This document shows positions 29,167 to 39,070 of a stretch of DNA of 64,000 bases, piece by piece (positions within the stretch are counted from its first letter, which is position 1; each line of letters starts with the position of its first letter). The translations under genes were made by a program, and so were the position numbers. The stretch covers positions 8,680,001 through 8,744,000 of the forward strand of contig CM035353.1 of assembly GCA_020137815.1 (NCBI GenBank). The letters run 5' to 3'. Below the pieces are notes generated by a model. That model ran no database searches and was not told the DNA's origin. It worked only from the letters and a program-made list of their open reading frames with translations. Source of the DNA: Hormiphora californensis (Eukaryota; Animalia; Ctenophora).

Positions 29167-32100
29167 TCTCTCTCCCTCTCTCTATCTATCTCCCACTCTC
29201 TCCCTCTCTCTGTAAATGTGAAATCTCCCGAGTAGACCAGCTACCGCTAACATGTCTTATATACTACTGCAGCAGCTGCAGCTTTTAGCTATTTATGTAT
29301 TATTTTCACGGTAAACTATGGTTGACCCTTATTTTCATGTACCCAATAACTATTTTAACAAATATCTTAACAAATATTCCTTCTAGCCGGTCAAGTCTGA
29401 GGCACCTAGCAATAGAGGTGCCATGACATGGGGTGCGGCCCCCAAAGTGTCTACTGCCCGGTCTCTAGCTGACATTCAACGGGAAGAACAAAAACGATCA
29501 ACTCAACAACAAAACTACAACTACGTAAGAAACCTCTCGCCAAATAACTCAGATAATGCCGCGAGAATGTCTTTGTACAACTCCGCGGCGGGCAACACAG
29601 CTCCGACTGTGTTGATCTACCGAAGCCTCACAGAGCACGCTCGCCATTTTGAAATAAAATTACGGTGTGAGACACACAGCGGCTGTGTACACTGTTTTTT
29701 CTAAAGTAACATATATCCATTATGTCAGGTGCAGCAGAACAGCTGGAACCCAGTAGCGGGGATGCTTGATGAAGACCTCAGCCCGAAACCCCAACCGGTG
29801 CCACAGCCAAAGCCAAAGGCGCAACCTAAGCCGAAACCGCAACCAAAGGCACAACCAAAGCCACAGCCTAAAAAACAGCCTGCGTAAGAAATATTTTAGT
29901 TTTTAAATCTTTGGTTTATTGGGGAAAAACATCGTTATTATCATGCAGTTGTCCTGTATTATATATCACGTCTCCCTCCACAGAAAGCCGGCTCCACCTC
30001 CCCCGGCCCCACTTACCTTGTTGGATAATGCTGGTGAGCCCAAGGATCCCTTTACTAAGTGGTGTGAGGATCAAATCGCGGGATTTAAGAACCCCCACAT
30101 TGACGGTATGTTGCGTGTTTAAAGGTGTTGAGATCCTTTCTAATACTAACTGGTAACTGATAAGTTAAAGTACAGACTTTCCAATATAACTCTCTCTGTC
30201 CCAGTTCCCACCTTCATCTCATTCCTGCTGAGTGTTGACTCTCCCCTCTCTCTCTCTCTCCCAGTTCCCACCTTCATCTCATTCCTGCTGAGTGTTGACT
30301 CTCCTCTCTCTCTCCCAGTTCCCACCTTCATCTCATTCCTGCTGAGTGTTGACTCTCCCCTCTCTCTGTCCCAGTTCCCACCTTCATCTCATTCCTGCTG
30401 AGTGTTGACTCTCCCAGTTCCCACCTTCATCTCATTCCTGCTGAGTGTTGACTCTCCCCTCTCTCTCTGTCTTCCAGTTCCCACCTTCATCTCATTCCTG
30501 CTGAGTGTTGACTCTCCTCTCTCCCAGTTCCCACCTTCATCTCATTCCTGCTGAGTGTTGACTCTCCCCTCTCTCTCTCTCTTCCAGTTCCCACCTTCAT
30601 CTCATTCCTGCTGAGTGTTGACTCTCCCCTCTCTCTCCCAGTTCCCACCTTCATCTCATTCCTGCTGAGTGTTGACTCTCCCCTCTCTCTCTCTCTCCCA
30701 GTTCCCACCTTCATCTTATTCCTGCTGAGTGTTGACTCTCCCCTCTCTCTCTCCCAGTTCCCACCTTCATCTCATTCCTGCTGAGTGTTGACTCTCCTCG
30801 GGACGTGAGGGAGTACGTGGTCAGCTACCTGGGAGACACCATGTCCACGGACAAGTTCATTCAGGAGTTTGTTGCGAGGAGAAAGAATTCTGGACAGGGC
30901 AATGGGGCCACAATCACCATGGTATGTTGATGATACCCGGGGCACGTGTCAGTGCTATGATGATACCAAACAGTATCCCATTAAATATCCTAACCATCCC
31001 TCCCTCTGTAGACCATGGGTAGCGGCAAGAAGAAGACAGCCCAACAACCCCAGGCACAACAAGGGGGTTCCAAAAAGGGAAAGAAGAAGAAAATGCAGAA
31101 AGTCAACGCTGCTCATCTTCTTGGTAAGTGTCATTTATCTGTTTCAGGGAATGTGTGAGCATGTAATCGTGTGTGATTATGTGTGTGATTATGTGTATTG
31201 TGTGAGCATGTGTATTGTGTGATGTGTATTGTGTGATTATGTGTGGGATTATGTGTATTGTGTGTGTGTGTGATTATGTGTGTGATTATGTTTGCACCAA
31301 GGCTGTCCTCATTGTCCCTGTGTTTGTACATTACGCTTTATGAATGTTTTGAAGAACAAAATGTGTTTCTGACGCGATACAGAACTCTACAAAGCCTCTA
31401 TCTAAAGCTGCCTGATAACCACTGCCCTCTATCTAAAGCTGCCTGATAACCGCTGCCCTCTATCTAAAGCTGCCTGATATCCGCTGCCCTCTATCTAAAG
31501 CTGCCTGATAACCTCTGCCCTCTATCTAAAGCTGCCTGATAACCGCTGCCCTCTATCTAAAGCTGCCTGATAACCGCTGCCCTCTATCTAAAGCTGCCTG
31601 ATAACCTCTGCCCTCTATCTAAAGCTGCCTGATAACCGCTACCCTCTATCTAAAGCTGCCTGATAACCGCTGCCCTCTATCTAAAGCTGCCTGATAACCG
31701 CTGCCCTCTATCTAAAGCTGCCTGATAACCGCTACCCTCTATCTAAAGCTGCCTGATAACCTCTGCCCTCTATCTAAAGCTGCCTGATAACCGCTACCCT
31801 CTATCTAAAGCTGCCTGATAACCGCTGCCCTCTATCTAAAGCTGCCTGATAACCGCTGCCCTCTATCTAAAGCTGCCTGATATCCGCTGCCCTCTATCTA
31901 AAGCTGCCTGATAACCACTGCCCTCTACCTAAAGCTGCCTGATAACCGCTGCCCTCTATCTAAAGCTGCCTGATAACCGCTGCCCTCTATCTAAAGCTGC
32001 CTGATAACCGCTGCCCTATATCTAAAGCTGCCTGATAACCGCTGCCCTCTACCTAAAGCTGCCTGATAACCACTGCCCTCTATCTAAAGCTGCCTGATAA

Positions 32101-32346
32101 CCGCTGCCCTCTATCTAAAGCTGCCTGATAACCGCTGCCCTCTATCTAAAGCTACCCGATAACCGCTGCCCTCTATCTAAAGCTGCCTGATAACCGCTGC
32201 CCTCTATCTAAAGCTGCCTGATAACCGCTGCCCTCTATCTAAAGCTGCCTGACTGTTTGCCTAATATCGACCACCCTCCAGGTATAAACTGCACCGCGAG
32301 CTCAGACACACGAAACAGGGGAGATATTGACTATGTGGTTGGGTAA
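27595..32346 (+). CDS. GIGYF: GIGYF1/2 (GRB10-interacting GYF protein) homologue, 3' 13 exons; 5' part missing
   Basis: In-frame GT-AG exons 27595-27776, 27863-27967, 28221-28297, 28418-28503, 28558-28635, 28719-28835, 28929-29078, 29387-29524, 29729-29883, 29984-30105, 30758-30921, 31012-31123, 32282-32346. They encode an E/R/Q coiled coil, [57 protein letters not shown] and [26 protein letters not shown], matching the recalled GIGYF2 C-terminus. The GYF domain itself is not in view. Confidence 0.88.
30190..30797. repeat. 11-copy tandem repeat (43-60 bp) spanning a GIGYF intron/exon junction
   Basis: Unit is (ct)n-ccAG followed by ttcccaccttcatctcattcctgctgagtgttgactctcc, the first ~39 nt of the exon. 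The last copy is the coding one. Confidence 0.92.
31396..32252. repeat. 31-bp minisatellite (about 27 copies) in the last GIGYF intron
   Basis: Unit ctctatctaaagctgcctgataaccgctgcc, head-to-tail with no spacers. Confidence 0.95.
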
Positions 32347-32648
32347 TTCATCTCCTTGTACACACATGATGGACACGTAATGGGGTCTATATTATAGGAC
32401 AGTGCGATCTACAAGTTGTTTAAAAGTATTCATCATGAGAGAGGGTAGATCTGTTTTGGTGTGTGTCTGTCTGTGCGAGTGTTTTCCAACACTGATTTCT
32501 CTGCTGGTTATTCGACTGTTTTTATCAAAATACGATTTTCATTTTGACACATTTTACAAGTAAACACACACACGCATTGAGCAAGCTCAATGTTATGCTA
32601 TTCTCCGGCTGGGTATATAGGGCTGAGGTACTGGCAAGATATAGTAGG

Positions 32649-33741
32649 GGGGGGGGTGACACGTAACACTTTGTAACATGTAACGTGCACAAAAAGTTTT
32701 CTGCACATGTTACAAAGTGTTACATAGTGTTACAAAGTGTTACATAGTGTTACAAAGTGTTACATAGTGTTACAAAGTGTTACATAGTGTTACAAAGTGT
32801 TACATAGTGTTACAAAGTGTTACATAGTGTTACAAAGTGTTACATAGTGTTACAAAGTGTTACATAGTGTTACATAGTGTTACAAAGTGTCACAAAGTTT
32901 TACATAGTGTAACAAAGTGTTACAAATTGTTACAAAGTGTTACAAATTGTTACAAAATATTTACAAAATATATAAGACGGTTGGTGAATAAGTAATTTGA
33001 ACGACTTTGGTGTCTTTCTCTGTCAGGCCAATGCTCTGACCACAGTTCTCGCGCGAGAAATGAGAATAGGGTCAGGCCAATGCTCTGACAGGTCTTTCTA
33101 GAACACATCTAAAAGTTTTAAATCATTTCTAGGGTTAAAACATACACTTTTTTACTAATTTGCGGATGTTTTGAGCCTCCGATGTCATCGACTGTGGAAA
33201 TCAGGGCTGAAATAGTCCATTTGGTAAAGAAAAATATGAACTTTAGACAACGGTAAAGTTTTTAGAGTGATATTAAAAGTATTGTGCCTCTCAGAGGCCC
33301 CCAATGTGATGAGTCACCTGTGAGTTGTGACCCAATCGACTTTTTTTCATTGGTAATCGATTCTTTGTACTTAATAAGATGATATACAACGTTTCTGTTG
33401 GAAAAAGAAATAAAATTTTTCCAAAATCAATTTTTTGGTCAAAGATTGAAAATTTGCTTCGCTACAAATCCTTGTGTGTTTGTAAATATTTAGTAACACT
33501 TTGTGACACTATGTAACACTTTGTGACACTATGTAACACTTTGTAACACTATGTAACACTTTTTAACACTTTGTAACACTATGTAACACTATGTAACACT
33601 TTGTAACACTTTGTAACACTATGTAACACTTTGTAACACTATGTAACATTTTGTAACACTTTGTAACATGTAACGTGCACAAAAAGTTTTCTGCACATGT
33701 TACAAAGTGTTACAAAGTGTTACGTGTCACCCCCCCCCCCC
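32649..33741. mobile_element. Foldback element with poly-G termini, 8-bp TSD and 10-bp (gttacaaagt) arrays
   Basis: (g)n-tgacacgtaacac / gtgttacgtgtca-(c)n termini. atagtagg is duplicated at 32641-32648 and 33742-33749. Confidence 0.8.
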
Positions 33742-34851
33742 ATAGTAGGATCGCTATTGCCCACATGTCAAGATCATTCGGATAAACGAGTTTAAAAGGT
33801 TGGGTGGTCACAGGAGCTTGCTCAATGCGTGCGTGTGTTTACTCATTACCTCCCGGTGCTCCAACCCCCCTCTACTAACATTTTACAAGGCCAATGATTG
33901 CGGACTCTAAGTCTAACGGACTCCAGGTCTAAAAAAAGCGGACTCTAAGTCTAAAACGGACTTGATAGACATAGAGTCCCCCATACTCAGGCGTTAGACA
34001 AAGAGTCCCCAGACTTGACTAGGTCTAAAACCTAATCCCAACCCTAAACCTAACCCTAATTTTACCTTAACCCTAACCTCGACCCCAAACAACAGCCCTA
34101 ACCGGTTCTGGACCGGTTAGGGACCACAGCGAGCTCTCGTTTCCGACCTAACGGCCGAAAACGATCGCTCGCAATCTACGATTTTAGACTTAGCTACCGA
34201 TATTTTTTAGACTAAGCGTCTCCTTGTTTTAAACAAACACCCCGCCGTTGAGAAGGCACCGTTAACTCAATGGGGGGGGGGCATTTTGCCTGTCTTTATT
34301 TGGCCTGGCCTTTTAGGCCGTTTTGGCGTTATATGACCTGATAAAAAAAGCCAAAATCAGGTCAAATAAAACAAGGCCAAAAAATCCCAATAAAGGCAGC
34401 CCAAAAGAGCCAAACTATCGCACTGATATGCCTAATTGGCCTGGCTTTTTATAGAGAGAACGAGAGAGAACAAGAAAGAAGGGGCAGAGAAACTATATCT
34501 ATATGTTATATTGGCACCTAGCTCGCCAGCTGCAAATCTTGAGCCTGCTCTGAGATTGGTTTCACAACAATCTTAGGAACGATGTTGAGAAAGACATAGA
34601 TATATAGCGAGAGAACGTGCTTTGTTTTCTAGTTCTCAGATTCCAGTGCCGGATCAGTTCAGGGTACAATTCACATGTCCAGTTTCTTTCATCTCGACCG
34701 ACGAGCAGAGGAGAGGTAGACGAGAGAGAGAAGAGCAGAGAGATCGAGAGATAGAGAGAAAGCGAGCTATGAAGTAGAGATCTCGACTAAGAGCGATACT
34801 GAAATCTCTCGAATATAGGGTTCTCTCTATATGCTAATAGCGCTATCTCTC

Positions 34852-34914
<63 letters not shown>

Positions 34915-36072
34915 CTCTCACTCTCTCTCACTCTCTCCTTTGAGTATCCATTTTGAACAACAGTCGCTCTGTGAGCAGGTGCTTTTCTTACTTACCTTTT
35001 GTATATCAATCGTTCTTTTATCTACAGGGTAAGCTGGGGAAAATTGGCCTATACAGCAGGAAGAAAAAAGTATATATAGGCTATCCAATGAAACGTTTTC
35101 CTTTCAGCTGAGCTAAATTTTAAAATCTGCAAGTTTTATTTAATGGGTTAATTAATTAATTCAAATAATTTGGTGAGGCTTTTTTGGAAACTTTGCACTG
35201 GAGCAAAGTGGTCCAAGCCATTGCTCGATTTTATCACGTGCCTGCTGTTGTTAGAGAAACGATCAAATTAGGGCTAAAATGTCCCATGTTCTGCACCGGA
35301 ACACTGTTGAGAATCAAATTGGGGTCTGGCGCCGCCAGACAGCCGGAACACGGGCCACTTTGCCCCTAAATTGACCGTCTGGACTACATTTTTGTTCTGG
35401 ACCACTTTGCCCCAGTGCATTCCAATGTCACGTGGTATTGCAGGCGCCATTTCATTGGTCCTAGAGGTGGACCACTTTGCCCCAGAGAGTGGACCATATT
35501 TACCCCGGTTTGACAAAACTGACAATTAAGACAACAAAAATTGTCAATTTCTTGAAAAGTTTTTATACCATGTTTTAGAAAAATATAAGGCCTAACTGGC
35601 AGTTTTTACAAAATTAAAATCGGCCAACTCAAACAGAAATTACAGCAGTTTTAAAGCGAAAATTCGGAACAGAACGAGCAGGTCTTCGCTGGATAAAAAG
35701 TCACGTGACCACACGTTATTCTTAGGGCCAATTTGCCCCATACATGGGCCACTTTACCCGGTGCAGGGGGTACAACCCTTACTGCCCCTCCCATGTGTTA
35801 TATAGTGACTGTCCCCTCCCATGTGCTACAGTGACTCATTGTCAGAATGTTATGACCACTGTCCCAACTCCCAGCTGTTCCTCCTGTGTTATAGTGACTC
35901 ATTGTCAGAATGTTATGACCACTGTCCCAACTCCCAGCTCCTGTGGCACAATCTATGACAATGTGATGGGTCCCCCCTTTATATCCCTTTGTCCCAAACA
36001 TAATATCTCCCTTCTTTAATGTTAAGGGGGCGCTATTGTTATGCACCCTCACTAGAGCTCTCCAGTCAATAT

Positions 36073-36245
36073 ACAGTCGGACCCCGATTTACCGGGCCCC
36101 GATTTACCGGAACCCCGATTTACCGGGAGGATAATCTTCCCCGGAAATAGGAAATTAACAGTATTTGACCCCGATATACCGGGCACCCCGATTTACCGGG
36201 CAAAACCCTTTCCCCCGAGCATCCCGGTAAATCGGGGTCCGACTG
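36073..36245. mobile_element. TA-flanked CAGT-terminal MITE family (Tc1/pogo-type)
   Basis: ta|cagtcggaccccgatttaccggg...cccggtaaatcggggtccgactg|ta. Further copies or variants at about 17530-17603, 50487-50570, 51487-51637 and 59000-59170. Confidence 0.8.
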
Positions 36246-36366
36246 TATTATGTTTATGCAATTTGTTAACTAAAAGCGTCACTTGGCGTTTTACCTTTCT
36301 CCCTCCCTCTGTGTTATATATACGCGAGAACTGGGCGGCATAGAGGGATAATGATGTCGAGAGAGG

Positions 36367-36445
<79 letters not shown>

Positions 36446-36453
36446 TGAGAGCG

Positions 36454-36573
<120 letters not shown>

Positions 36574-37567
36574 TCAGTTATGAGCTGGTAAAAGGGGGAA
36601 GTCAACATCAGAACGTTAGGAGCCAAATGTCTATTGTTTACCCCAGCCCCCTGGTAATACTCGAGTTCAACGATCATGTCTTTTGCCCGAAACGTGTCGT
36701 TATTTGTACAGATTATTTATACATGGTTAGTTTATTAGCGTCTTATTCCCAATTTTTTATTCAACCCCATTTTATTTTATTTTATTTTAAAAGGGGCCGT
36801 CTAGCTTTGTATTGTTCATACTATTATGCAACTATTATGCAACTATTATGCAACTATTATGCAACAGCACAAGTCTAGCTAGGCAAGTATCTGAACTCTC
36901 GTGAAGTCTAGTCCAGTACTTGCTAACTAAAATCTCCCCGGCTGTATTTCAAGTTTGTAGCTGTTTTATAGCATTCCGTTCCTCCTAGCTGGTTGCAGTA
37001 CACAATACAATTACATGTGCAGCCGATTGTATCAACCCCCGTAATCCGCTCCCTAATTATCCATTATTACTGTCAGTCCAATATACAGGCCTGTACACTG
37101 TTCTGTGGGTGTTCTACAAGTGCTGTTGTTACTCTTTACCGTACCGTGTGTCATGCAGGGTACTGCACTATTGCTAACTGCAAGTTGTAGTGCAATGGGT
37201 CACTGCAGCTGGGCCTTGCTTGTGGACACACAATATTGTTGTTATCAGCAAGCCCCAGGGTGTAATTGTTGTTGATCAACAAGGCTGTACTGAGTGTATA
37301 TACCCTGGTCCTATCAAGTAGTTTAGAATGGGGGGAGACACACTGAATTTGCGCGCGCTCGTTCAAATCTCAACCTCGCGACACACACTGAAGTTTGAAG
37401 TTCGAAGTTTCGCGAAAACGCATTTTCGGCTGAGAAATCATTTGTAAGAGGCTAATTTATATGCCAAAAACTAACAGAAATTAGTTGGCTGGAAAGGTGA
37501 CCACTTTTGTTGTCAAACTGACACCTTTGCCATCTCCGGGTTATATCAGATCACTATCTTTCCCTCT

Positions 37568-37639
<72 letters not shown>

Positions 37640-37717
37640 TAGAAGTTGATTTCGGTTTCGTTGTGTCTCTCCCCGTTTACCTTGTAGCCTTTGTACACTA
37701 ATTGCCTACTTGTAAAC

Positions 37718-39070
37718 ATGCATATTGAAAGCGAAACTACACCCGACTCCACTTCCTTAATGTTGGGGTCTCTGTTACAACACGCCTCTGGAAACACTGT
37801 CGTTCTAAATGCTCTCAGTTATTATGACCCTGTGAAAGCTGACTCCACAAACATGAACAATTTGTCAAATAAACTGTCCCGCGATCAGTTAAACTCTCTT
37901 GCTTCTTTCGTGAATATTCTACATGCTGAAGACAAGACAGTATTTCCCAAGGGCACAGTGCTGGCTAAAGTCATTGTTTGGCGGCTGAATCAGTTGAAGC
38001 CTAGTAACTGCTCGGAGTGTTCGGAAACCTACCGCGTAGATCTATCTGATACCCCCTTATTGGAGTGTCATCTGTGTGGGAGGGGTGCTCATAATTGTGA
38101 GGACATATCAGCTAAATTGTCAGATCAAAGAGAGTGTTTTGATGCCAATCTTTCTAATAGTCTCACCCACATGGTTTGGCTGTGTACATCTTGCTACCAT
38201 TCTGTCAAACCTCTCCCTAGATCGTCCCTATTCAATTCGATCTGTAATTCCTCACGTGCCACACCCGCTGCGAAACCTACCACACCAACGGAGCGGGACC
38301 AGGGTGTTAAGAGCTTGCTGAGTAAAGCAATTCTAATCACTGAGCACATGAGCAAGGCAGAGGAAGAGTTAGATGAGACTATTGTTGGTGAGAAAGAGAA
38401 GAAAGGGGCCGATGAAGTAGAGGTTGAAGTTGAGGAAACTGACAATCGTCCGGTCTGTAGGGCGTTCTCTGAATGGAGTTGCCAACACGGAATTGCGGGA
38501 AATAAGCTAATCAATGGTAAGAAATGCCCTGACAAGCACCTTCTGGCCTGTAAAAAGTTTCTCAAATTTGGTACCTCTGAGAATGGTTGCACTGCCACAG
38601 ACTGTCAGCTATTCCACCCAAAACTCTGTCGTTTCATTCAGTCCAATGCCAGTTGTTTTGATGTCAAATGCAAATCCTATCATCCGTTCAGTTTTAATAA
38701 GGCACGGAGGGATGCTATCAAGGCCAAGGCAACTAGGGAAAAGTCATCAACTGGGACGAGTAAGAGTAATGACAAATCTCGAAATAAGAAGAAGCCGCCC
38801 GTTGAGAGTAGAAATGAGAGAAAGAACAAGAGGTCAAATACTGAGAACTCGGATTTTCAAAAGCTCCAGGATCTGATATCCAAGTTAATAGTCAGGATGG
38901 ACTCGTTAGAGAAGAGAGTCGAGGAGATACCCCGAGAGAGGATGCCGAGTTCGGAATCGATAAATCCATCCCAATTCCAAAAGGTACCTATCCCTCAACC
39001 TCAACCGTTCCTGAATCCGTGGCAGGCGTGGAATGCCCCACGCCAGTTCGCTCAACCTGCATGTTACTAA
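37718..39070 (+). CDS. LINE ORF1 protein, about 450 aa: PHD finger, three CCCH-type zinc fingers, basic region and coiled coil
   Basis: CSEC..CHLC....H.C..WLCTSC (C4HC3), then CRAFSEWSC..C...H, CKKFLKFG..C....C...H and CRFIQSNASC....C...H. First ATG at 37718. Confidence 0.85.
   Translation: MHIESETTPDSTSLMLGSLLQHASGNTVVLNALSYYDPVKADSTNMNNLSNKLSRDQLNSLASFVNILHAEDKTVFPKGTVLAKVIVWRLNQLKPSNCSECSETYRVDLSDTPLLECHLCGRGAHNCEDISAKLSDQRECFDANLSNSLTHMVWLCTSCYHSVKPLPRSSLFNSICNSSRATPAAKPTTPTERDQGVKSLLSKAILITEHMSKAEEELDETIVGEKEKKGADEVEVEVEETDNRPVCRAFSEWSCQHGIAGNKLINGKKCPDKHLLACKKFLKFGTSENGCTATDCQLFHPKLCRFIQSNASCFDVKCKSYHPFSFNKARRDAIKAKATREKSSTGTSKSNDKSRNKKKPPVESRNERKNKRSNTENSDFQKLQDLISKLIVRMDSLEKRVEEIPRERMPSSESINPSQFQKVPIPQPQPFLNPWQAWNAPRQFAQPACY

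Noticed and set aside
31396-32252. 31-bp array as CRISPR
   Set aside because: The repeat length is CRISPR-like but there are no spacers; it is an intronic minisatellite.
39019-39060. GTG start for LINE ORF2 given by the ORF track
   Set aside because: The first ATG at 39061 sits at the start of the APE domain (MLLNAGG), so the upstream extension is not needed.
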